Shown: positions 56,140-64,000 of the stretch, one piece after another
Layout: the number at the start of each line of letters is the position of its first letter
How positions within the stretch are numbered: position 1 is the first letter of the stretch
NCBI GenBank assembly: GCA_963664705.1
Contig: OY761556.1
Location: 5,440,001-5,504,000 of the forward strand
Length of the DNA: 64,000 bases
Direction: 5' to 3'
From: Acidobacteriota bacterium
GTDB lineage: Bacteria > Acidobacteriota > UBA6911
Notes under the pieces: model-generated
Seen by the model: only the letters and a program-made list of their open reading frames with translations
Told to the model about the DNA's origin: nothing
The model's database searches: none
Position numbers and translations under genes: made by a program

Positions 56140-57864
56140 TCACAGAGGGCCGCTGCCCGTGGATTCCAAACGCGAGCGCGATGCCAGGATCCTCTCGAAA
56201 TGCTTCAAAACCGCTTCTACATTCTGTCTCCAGGTAAACGCACCGAGAACCATGTCCCGGGCATGATTCCCCAAGGTCTGGCGATCGAGAGGACTCATGC
56301 GAATGGCGTTACGAATGCCTTCCACCAGCGAATCCAGATCTCCAGGTTTAACAAGGAGAGCAGCGGCACTATCCTGATCGCGCCTCTTTTGTTGGGGTTC
56401 TCCCGGCTTCCATCCCCGGAGAACCAATCCAATCTGGTCCAGGTCGGAAGCCACGATGGGCTTTGCCATCGCCATATATTCGAACAGCTTTGTCGGGCTG
56501 CCAAAAAAGGGAGTCCCATCGGGGTTCGGGACATGAGGAGAAAGGCAGACATCGGACGCAGCCAATATGCCAGGCGTCTCATGTTGTGCGCGATACCCGG
56601 GAAGCGAAACAAAAGGAACATCTTTCAGAATCGAGCGGACCTTTTCTCCATACTGTCCATCTCCTACCAGGAGGAAATGTACCTTATGGCGCTCCAGCAA
56701 CGGACGATCATGAGCCTCCAGGTGTCGAATGGCTTTTGCCAGGATTTCGGTGCCATGCCATTGCCCGAAAGTTCCGACAAAGGTGAAAAGGTCTGCGTCT
56801 GCAGGGATGCCGAGATTCCGCCGTATTTCCCGCACCGATGATGAACCAAACCGCGCCGGGTCAAAGGTAGAAAGATCCACGCAATTGGGATAGAAAAGGA
56901 CCCTGTCCTCAGGAATTCCTGCGGCGCATACCTGTTTTCGGATCTCCTCCGACACGACCACCACGAGATCCGACATCATAAGATTGGCAATCTCGATCTG
57001 TTCGCCTATGGATTGGAAATGAAGGGGATCGCCCCAGTTGCGCTGGATCCAGGTCTCAAATCCATTGAACTCGAGGATCAGCGGTATCCCCAGCCTATGA
57101 CGCAAATAAATGCCGGTCATATCGTGCAGACTGTACCGCTGGTAGATAAAGTCCGGCTGGAATTCACTGATCTCTTTCAGCACGGCCCGGACAAACTTCC
57201 GATGATAGCGAAAACAATTCAATTCATGAGGGAAGGCAGCCATGGAATGAGGGGTAACGGATGCCTGGGCAACTTCGGAATTTATCAGGGGTTGCCGTGT
57301 TACGGCCACGAGCCGTACTTTTTTGCCGAGCGCACATAAGGCGTTGACAACGCCGGCAACGTGACCGATGGAGCCTCCCACCGGCACTCCAAAATTCAAT
57401 GCGGGTTTCAGATAGAGACATTTGTCTCCGATCCGCCCGGAATAGCGGATGCTTTTAGGTTGCCGACAAATCCGGCTACGACGGGAGACGTTTGCTGCCA
57501 GAGCTCCAAAACCACAGGCAATTCCAGCAACGATCCTTCCCACTGAGACGGGGAAAAGATATCGATGGATCGGGACCGGCGCTTTCCCCTGCGGAGCAAA
57601 CCAGCGTTTGGCGCGTGGAATGGCCATTGCAATCAGGGAAAGGATGTCTTTGAAGATGACCAGATCGGCATCTTCGCCGGTTACCGTGACTGTGGAAACG
57701 TCAAAGGCGCGGATGGTTTGGAATGCCTTGGCAAGGCCTCCCCTTCGCAGGGAGGCCAAATCCATATAGATGGCAGTGCTGGCGGAATAGGCCTCACGCA
57801 GTTCCTTTCGGAGCGGAACCGGTGAGAGGATGAGTTGGGTGTGGGCAGACTGCATCCGGTTCAT
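56140..57864 (-). CDS. GT4 glycosyltransferase with N-terminal extension
   Basis: GGSIGH, IYQRYS, FVGTFGQWHG, FFGSPTKLFEYMAM; ATG at 57864 overlaps the upstream TGA. Confidence 0.9.
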   Translation of the reverse strand: MNRMQSAHTQLILSPVPLRKELREAYSASTAIYMDLASLRRGGLAKAFQTIRAFDVSTVTVTGEDADLVIFKDILSLIAMAIPRAKRWFAPQGKAPVPIHRYLFPVSVGRIVAGIACGFGALAANVSRRSRICRQPKSIRYSGRIGDKCLYLKPALNFGVPVGGSIGHVAGVVNALCALGKKVRLVAVTRQPLINSEVAQASVTPHSMAAFPHELNCFRYHRKFVRAVLKEISEFQPDFIYQRYSLHDMTGIYLRHRLGIPLILEFNGFETWIQRNWGDPLHFQSIGEQIEIANLMMSDLVVVVSEEIRKQVCAAGIPEDRVLFYPNCVDLSTFDPARFGSSSVREIRRNLGIPADADLFTFVGTFGQWHGTEILAKAIRHLEAHDRPLLERHKVHFLLVGDGQYGEKVRSILKDVPFVSLPGYRAQHETPGILAASDVCLSPHVPNPDGTPFFGSPTKLFEYMAMAKPIVASDLDQIGLVLRGWKPGEPQQKRRDQDSAAALLVKPGDLDSLVEGIRNAIRMSPLDRQTLGNHARDMVLGAFTWRQNVEAVLKHFERILASRSRLESTGSGPL

Positions 57865-60002
57865 TTCAGCCCTTGGATAGCATTGGTTCTTTGCGCGATC
57901 GCCCACTCCGCGCATAATGTGGCGCGGTAACCATCCCAGGCAGTGACCCCCAATTCGCCTTGTCCGCGCAGAGCATCGTAAAAGTTTTGGAGTTGCTCTT
58001 TCTGGCCTTTCTCGATCTTTGGCGTTTTTAAACCCTTTGAGTCAATTCCCCAGACATCAAGAGAACGAAAGTCGTCGAGAATAAAGGACGCTCCGCCGGC
58101 AAATACCTCAACCCGCTCCTTGCCCGCACCGCCTGCGCCATCTCCAGTGTAGATCAAGGTGCCGATTGAGCCATCCCCGAATTCGACAACCGCCACCGCC
58201 TCATCGCGCTTCTTTCCTGCGGGAGATGTGGAATGCACGGCCGTTGGCTCTGCTGCGGCCAGGAAGGACATGAAATCGAAGAAATGTACTCCCTCACCCA
58301 AAATGCGCCCTCCGCCTTGCACGGGATCGAGCAGCCAGTGCTCTGGCGGGAGAGATCCGGCGTTTACGCGATAGATAATATTTTTGGGGCCGGCAATCCG
58401 TGTCAGAAGGCGCTTCAATAGTGCCGCATGTGGCGAGAAGCGCCGGTTGAAACCGACGGTCAGCAGGGCTTTCTTTTGCTCGACCATTTTTGCCAGTTCT
58501 TCGCCCTGCTGTGCCGTCATGGTCATGGGCTTTTCAACAAACACCGATTTGCCCGCTTCGATGGCGGCGCGCGCAATGGGGTAATGCAGATCATGGCGCG
58601 TTGCAATATAGACAACCTCAATCGCAGGGTCTGACAGCATTTCCCTATAGTCTGTGCATCCCCGGAGGAATCCATCTTTCTCCACCGCGCCGCGAACGGT
58701 AAGCCCCGTCCTGCCGCATACCGATGTTAAAGAAAACCCGGCATGAGCCTTGATCAATGGGAAAAGCATTGCGCGAAAATAGCCGCCATATCCAACCACT
58801 CCGACATGGATTGCATCGGATTTGCTTCGGGGAGAGGCTGCCCGGGCGGGGGCATAGGTTGTAATGCGAGGGGTAGTCTCCGCCGCAAGCTTATAATCGA
58901 GGATCACGCCGATCGGTCTCTTGTCGGATGCAAGCGAAGCATAGGCTTCCGGCGCCTTTTCGACCGGATACACTGCGTCAATCAACTCGCGAACAGGAAG
59001 CAAGCCTGCTGAGATCTGACGCAGGACTTCTTCAAGATTTCTTCCCTCTGTCCAGCGGACGTAGCCGAAGGGATAGTCATGGCCTTTTTCCTCATATTCG
59101 GAATCGTAGCGGCCCGGGCCGTAGGACGTAGAGATAAAGAAATCGAGCTCCTTTTTGTATATTTTGTCTCGCTGGATACGAATTGGGACATCACCCACGA
59201 GAACCACACGCCCCTTCCTGCGACATGCCTCAAAAGCTTTATTCAAAAGCGCGGGATCGCCTCCGCCCGCCGTCACGATCACGGCATCGGCACCACGTTG
59301 TTCGGTTCTCTCCATCACGCCGGTGGCAAAATCCCGTTGGGAAACGTTGAATCCCGAATGCATTCCCAGCCGTGTTGCGAGCTGGATCCGGTCGTCCTTC
59401 ACATCCACTCCAATGGTTACGCAACCGCTTGCTCGCAGCATTTGAACGGTGAGTTGACCCAACAGTCCGAGCCCGACCACAACCACGCGATCACCGATGG
59501 ATGGGGCACACCGCCTGACTCCTTGCAACGCAATGGCTCCCAGTGTGCCGAACGCTGCCTCTTCGAATGACACGGCATCGGGAATCCTGGCTGCCAGGTT
59601 CTGCGGGACAAAGTTGATGGCTGCATGATTGGCAAATCCAACCCCGCAGCAGGCTACGCGATCGCCCGGCCGAAAGCGCATTACGTCGGGAGCGACATCC
59701 AGGACGACACCTGCGCAGGAATAGCCTGTCACCTGTTCACTCGAAAGTCTGCCTTTGACAAGATCGACCGTGTTCTGTAGACCATGGCTGGAGATTCGAT
59801 CAATGACTTTGCGTACCAATTGGGGGTTGCGGATTGCCTTCATGACAAGGCTCTCCTGTTTTCCACTGCCGATTCCCGCCGATTCCGTACCGGCGCTGAT
59901 CAGGGAGTGACTTGTCCGGATCAGGATTCCGCCCGGTTGCAACGCCGGTTCCGGAACGTCGACCACACGGATCTCACCTCGCATGACTGCAACTTGAAGC
60001 AC
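57861..60002 (-). CDS. Bi-domain oxidoreductase (Zn-ADH-like + Gfo/Idh/MocA)
   Basis: SLISAGTE, GYSCAG, GLGLLG, SYGPGRYD..YE..GHDYP..YVRWTE; then GYGG, ATRHDLH, VEKP, VGFNRRF, GEGVHFFD. Confidence 0.93.
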   Translation of the reverse strand: MLQVAVMRGEIRVVDVPEPALQPGGILIRTSHSLISAGTESAGIGSGKQESLVMKAIRNPQLVRKVIDRISSHGLQNTVDLVKGRLSSEQVTGYSCAGVVLDVAPDVMRFRPGDRVACCGVGFANHAAINFVPQNLAARIPDAVSFEEAAFGTLGAIALQGVRRCAPSIGDRVVVVGLGLLGQLTVQMLRASGCVTIGVDVKDDRIQLATRLGMHSGFNVSQRDFATGVMERTEQRGADAVIVTAGGGDPALLNKAFEACRRKGRVVLVGDVPIRIQRDKIYKKELDFFISTSYGPGRYDSEYEEKGHDYPFGYVRWTEGRNLEEVLRQISAGLLPVRELIDAVYPVEKAPEAYASLASDKRPIGVILDYKLAAETTPRITTYAPARAASPRSKSDAIHVGVVGYGGYFRAMLFPLIKAHAGFSLTSVCGRTGLTVRGAVEKDGFLRGCTDYREMLSDPAIEVVYIATRHDLHYPIARAAIEAGKSVFVEKPMTMTAQQGEELAKMVEQKKALLTVGFNRRFSPHAALLKRLLTRIAGPKNIIYRVNAGSLPPEHWLLDPVQGGGRILGEGVHFFDFMSFLAAAEPTAVHSTSPAGKKRDEAVAVVEFGDGSIGTLIYTGDGAGGAGKERVEVFAGGASFILDDFRSLDVWGIDSKGLKTPKIEKGQKEQLQNFYDALRGQGELGVTAWDGYRATLCAEWAIAQRTNAIQGLK

Positions 60003-62034
60003 TCGGTTTTTCTCCTTCCTGGTTGCTTGCCGTTAAAGCCCAGGTGAGCTCAAACGGGAGTTTCGCGCGAATGGAAGCGACACAAACAGGTCGTGCCTGC
60101 TTGATGCCATAGGACGGGGCAAACCAGCCTTCCCGCTCTTCAAATCGCATTTGCGGCCCGGATTCCTGCTGGATGGTTACAGTAAAGCAATCCGGCCAGC
60201 AGATCTCAATCACTTTTCCCGACTTGAACTGCAAGGTGGTCCCGGGCGCAGCGTGGAAAAAGAACTCGATCAGATGTTCGGATTCTCCTTCAAGCCGGTC
60301 ATACAGTCGCATATGCGGTTCATTCGAATCCAGTTCAAATTTCCTAAATACTGTTACGGGGTCAGATAACCGCCGATATCCCGTGTGGCCGGCACCAAAA
60401 GTATATTTTCCATCATCACAACCGCACATAACATCGATGGGTTGCGCATCGTTGCCGAGGAACCAAAGCGTCGGCGGCGAAAGGAAGTGATTGATTTCCT
60501 CTCCATCCACACGAATCGTGTTGTGAAATTCCGTTGATCGGAAGCGATTGCGCCATTCCGGCGAAGCCGTGTAGACAAACAGACCCGAATCGGTGAGCAC
60601 GGGGCGGCCGCATACGTGCCACTCGAAGGAGAGGCAATCGTTATGTCCGTGTCCGCCGAGACCTTTGAATCCAACCGGTCCGGCATCGATGAACAAATAG
60701 TGTTGTGGCGAGTGAAAGAGGTAGAAACCGGCGTCCTTGAATTGACTCCATCCGGCAGTCGGACTGAAAGAAGCCGGCCGGGAGTTCTCCTTAAGGGCAG
60801 ATGGACCGAGCAGCCAAAGAGAGTATTCGCGGGGAGCGAAGGCATCAGAGATATCCTCGCCGCTCCCGAAAAGCGCATGCCCTGCCTCCAGCAGGTATCG
60901 ATGATCCCGAATAGCGGTGTTGTCAAAAATGACGACTCGCCCGTCATCGGCATCGCCGATTACCGGAGATGCCCCGCCGGGAGTGACGTAGGCTTGAACA
61001 AACCGGATCATGCGTTCGAGTTTATTCCAGTAGACATCCGAGGGAGCCTGTCCCGACAACTGCATCAGGCGTGCACCGGTCAGAAAGATTTCCAGCGTCA
61101 GGCGGTGATAGGGAACCGAACCTTCTATATCCACGCCGTCATCCGTCACCTGAAGCCGGATTTCCTCCTCAAGGATAGCCGATCCGCGTCGGAACCATTC
61201 TTTACCCTCGGCAAAATCCCGAAAGAGCGCACCGCAGGCAACCATTCCGAGAGCATCGGCGATGTAATGATTGCCATTGATGTGCGCCATCTCCAGATGA
61301 TCCGGGATCCACAATCCGTGTCTATACAAGTCAGTGAGGATTTCGTCGAGGAAGCCGTCGTCAAAAGGAGCATCGGCAAACAGAGCCAAGGCCCAAATCC
61401 AGTTCGTGGCACGAATGGCAACCTCCATTGTGCATGCCCAATTGACTCCGAAACCGGCTGGGTTTGACCGGATCCACGATCGGATTTGTGCCTGAAATTC
61501 AGATAAGACGCGCGGGTCGCGGTCAATGAGCCACGCTTGACCTAAAGTGACCAAATGATAGCCTCGGGATAATTCCCAGGGAACCTTGACATCATTCGGC
61601 AGGTGCAGTTCGGCATAATCCATTTGGGTCGAGCGCCCAAGAGTCCAGCGCAGCCCGGACTTAAAGTCAAGGTGCCAGTCGATTTCGGTGCCGAGCCGCT
61701 TTGGACCGGATCCAAGAAGACTAAATTCGTGATCGAGTATTTTCCCGATTCTCTCCTGAAGGCTGATCCGGGCTGGAGCCATCGAATGCGCGTACAGACC
61801 GCGCAACTGTTCTCTTTCCGATTCACTGTAAATGAATCCGGTCGATACCAGGTTTTGCCAGAAGGAGCCGAGCGATGGATACCCGGTTTCAGAGGCAAGT
61901 GCTCCAGCGTTGAGGCGACGCAGCCTCCGCAGCAACCACCGCGAGCGAATCAGCCGGGTCACTTCCTGCGTCGCGCGTCGCGCCAGATATCCTGGATTCC
62001 GGGCAGCGCGCTTTAGGAGTGCAATGGCTCTCAT
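59974..62034 (-). CDS. Heparinase II/III / alginate-lyase-like protein
   Basis: IDWHLDF, DVKVPWELSR, GVNWACTMEVAIR, GNHY, EGSVPYH, GDADDGR, GHGHNDCLSFE, RSTEFHNT. Confidence 0.9.
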   Translation of the reverse strand: MRAIALLKRAARNPGYLARRATQEVTRLIRSRWLLRRLRRLNAGALASETGYPSLGSFWQNLVSTGFIYSESEREQLRGLYAHSMAPARISLQERIGKILDHEFSLLGSGPKRLGTEIDWHLDFKSGLRWTLGRSTQMDYAELHLPNDVKVPWELSRGYHLVTLGQAWLIDRDPRVLSEFQAQIRSWIRSNPAGFGVNWACTMEVAIRATNWIWALALFADAPFDDGFLDEILTDLYRHGLWIPDHLEMAHINGNHYIADALGMVACGALFRDFAEGKEWFRRGSAILEEEIRLQVTDDGVDIEGSVPYHRLTLEIFLTGARLMQLSGQAPSDVYWNKLERMIRFVQAYVTPGGASPVIGDADDGRVVIFDNTAIRDHRYLLEAGHALFGSGEDISDAFAPREYSLWLLGPSALKENSRPASFSPTAGWSQFKDAGFYLFHSPQHYLFIDAGPVGFKGLGGHGHNDCLSFEWHVCGRPVLTDSGLFVYTASPEWRNRFRSTEFHNTIRVDGEEINHFLSPPTLWFLGNDAQPIDVMCGCDDGKYTFGAGHTGYRRLSDPVTVFRKFELDSNEPHMRLYDRLEGESEHLIEFFFHAAPGTTLQFKSGKVIEICWPDCFTVTIQQESGPQMRFEEREGWFAPSYGIKQARPVCVASIRAKLPFELTWALTASNQEGEKPSASSCSHAR

Positions 62035-64000
62035 GCGGCTGTCTCCCGGTGTGCTCCATCAATCCATGTGTCGAACCAGGCAACTGCATTATAAAAAGTC
62101 CAAACATACAGCGCAAAATCCGCCCGCCCGGCGCGGTGGCGCTGCAGCATATTTAGAACGGAATCGCATTTAGCCGGGAAATAGTCGAAAAATCGCGTAG
62201 CACGGAACTGGGCTTCCACAGCTTTGCCGAAATCGCCACGGAGCCACTCCACCATGGGAGCTCCAAACCCCATTTTGGGTCGGTCAATGATATCGTTGGG
62301 GATCAGGTTCCGGACCGCTTCCTTCAGCACCCATTTGGTTGTGCCATTTTTCACTTTCAGGCCCATCGGCAGGTTCATTGTGAACTCGACCAGCTTATGG
62401 TCAAGAAACGGGACGCGAGGCTCAATGGAAACGGACATCCCTATTTTATCGACGCGCATTAATAGAAGCTCCGGAAGCCTCAGTTTGAATTCGGTGTAGA
62501 TCATTCGCGTCAGAAAATCGTTTCCGGGCGCGAGCCGGTCGAGTCGCTCGAAAAAGGATTGAATGACGGCATAGGTATCGGTTGTATCGTATGTGCGAGG
62601 AAGCAGTTTGGAATTCCACATTGCTTCAGGAATACCAAGTGATTCAATGCGCTCCCGATCGATGAGCCTTGATTTGCGGGACTCGCTCAATACCATGGCC
62701 CCGCTCCAAAAGGCTTCACGGTCAAAGCCCGCCCGGTAGATTACATCCAGATAAGGGTCGTGACGATCGTGGATCGCGGTTATGCCATGGGCAATGCGCC
62801 CTGCCGAGTGTTTGACAAAGCGAGGCAGATGCGCGAAAGCCCTCCAGAAGTTGCGGTACATTTGCAGATGCATCATGTAATTGCGATAGCCGCAAAACTG
62901 CTCGTCGCTGCCTTCGCCCACCTGCACGACAATCGTGCCGCTGTCGCGGACCAGTTTGGAAACAAAATAAAGTGGAATGCAGACCCAATCCGCAATCGGC
63001 TCGTCCTGTGAAAAAATCAGCCTTGGCAGATAGTCTCGCATCGTTTTTTCGTCCACCAGGATTTCATGGTGTTCGGTTTTAAATACGCTTGCGATCTTTC
63101 GCGCATAGCTCAGCTCATTCAGGTAATCATGATCGGAAAACCCAACCGTGAAAGTCCGTACCGGGGAGTCGAGATGTTTCGACATAAGAGCCACGTTTGT
63201 GGATGAGTCAATGCCGCCGGAGAGAAAGACGCCGAAAGGAACGTCCGACATCATTCGTTTTTCGATAGCCGAATCGAGGAGATCCCGGGTTCGTCGGATC
63301 GCATAGTCCTCGAGCGCCTTACCCGAGAGGCCGCGGAGTTCCAGTACATCCTCTCCCGATCCGGGTAATGCATCCCAGTAGCGCTCTGCGGACATATCGC
63401 CGGACGCTGCAATGAACGCCCTGTGTCCTGCAGGCATTTTATAAATGCCGCGAAACATTGTGAGCGGCGCAGGAGTCGTTAGAAAACTGAGATAGTGATA
63501 GACGGAAGTCGGTTCAATATCCGCGGTGAACGAAGGAAGGTTCAGAATAGCCTTTATCTCGGAAGCGAATATGAAAGCAGACTTGTTCCAGGCGAAATAT
63601 AGGGGCTTAATGCCGACGCGATCACGGGCGAGAAGCAGGCGCTGCTTTTTCTCGTCCCATATTCCGATGGCAAACATTCCTTCGAGACGCTCGACGACCC
63701 TTTCGCCCCATTGCTCGTATCCGTGAACAATAACTTCGGTGTCCGAATGGTCGGTTCTAAACTGATGCCCCTTCTCCAAAAGCTCCCGCCGAAGAGATTT
63801 ATGGTTATATATCTCGCCGTTGAAAACGATGTGGACGGTTCCATCTTCATTTTGCATCGGCTGGTTGGCGTTTGCGGACAGATCCACGATGGCCAGACGA
63901 CGAAAGCCCAGACCGAGACGTCTTTCCGGAGACAGCCACAAGCCGTGTCCATCCGGTCCCCGGTGGACCATCGAATCGCGCATACGCGCGAGAATCTCGC
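62031..64000 (-). CDS. asnB: Asparagine synthase (glutamine-hydrolysing)-like amidotransferase; 5' end outside the window
   Basis: HRGPDG, RRLAIVDL, FNGEIYN, RDRVGIKPL, LSGGIDSS, GEGSDE, RVPFLD; the N-terminal Cys motif is missing because the frame runs off the edge. Confidence 0.93.
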   Translation of the reverse strand, partial: EILARMRDSMVHRGPDGHGLWLSPERRLGLGFRRLAIVDLSANANQPMQNEDGTVHIVFNGEIYNHKSLRRELLEKGHQFRTDHSDTEVIVHGYEQWGERVVERLEGMFAIGIWDEKKQRLLLARDRVGIKPLYFAWNKSAFIFASEIKAILNLPSFTADIEPTSVYHYLSFLTTPAPLTMFRGIYKMPAGHRAFIAASGDMSAERYWDALPGSGEDVLELRGLSGKALEDYAIRRTRDLLDSAIEKRMMSDVPFGVFLSGGIDSSTNVALMSKHLDSPVRTFTVGFSDHDYLNELSYARKIASVFKTEHHEILVDEKTMRDYLPRLIFSQDEPIADWVCIPLYFVSKLVRDSGTIVVQVGEGSDEQFCGYRNYMMHLQMYRNFWRAFAHLPRFVKHSAGRIAHGITAIHDRHDPYLDVIYRAGFDREAFWSGAMVLSESRKSRLIDRERIESLGIPEAMWNSKLLPRTYDTTDTYAVIQSFFERLDRLAPGNDFLTRMIYTEFKLRLPELLLMRVDKIGMSVSIEPRVPFLDHKLVEFTMNLPMGLKVKNGTTKWVLKEAVRNLIPNDIIDRPKMGFGAPMVEWLRGDFGKAVEAQFRATRFFDYFPAKCDSVLNMLQRHRAGRADFALYVWTFYNAVAWFDTWIDGAHRETAA

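Overview
64-kb window of ordinary bacterial chromosome (roughly mid-50s % GC by eye). An Oar-like TonB-dependent receptor, S-layer-like secreted proteins, a TMTC-like GT-C/TPR protein and the futalosine-pathway gene mqnC suggest an Acidobacteriota-type organism, and Hdr-Flx suggests anaerobic capacity; both points are inference. In order: truncated thiC, hom, YajD-type HNH, ettA, a response regulator coupled to a full hdrCBA-flxDCBA cluster, M28 peptidase, AsmA, two small unknown genes plus an ATPase-wHTH-TPR gene, deoC, yciI, a Tat-signal QueG/RdhA-like protein divergent from a B12 radical SAM gene, a ~1-kb array of 353-bp REPIN-like units, rpiB/tkt, a peptidase and TPR gene, a TonB receptor, mtfA, metK, adh, dinB-family, GT-C/TPR, MerR-TPR + ku, mqnC, an ECF sigma/anti-sigma module, two paralogous S-layer-like genes around an FG-GAP gene, and a surface-glycan operon ending in an apparent WecA/WbpL-PglF/WbpM fusion. 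No CRISPR array, tRNA, rRNA, transposase or prophage was seen. Best leads: the fused initiating transferase-dehydratase next to S-layer-like genes (possible S-layer glycosylation locus), the Ku/MerR-TPR pair with a perfect inverted repeat upstream, the effector-less ATPase-TPR locus, the Tat-exported cobalamin/Fe-S reductase, the nested REPIN array and a structured S-layer 5' leader. All calls come from motif recognition; no searches were run.
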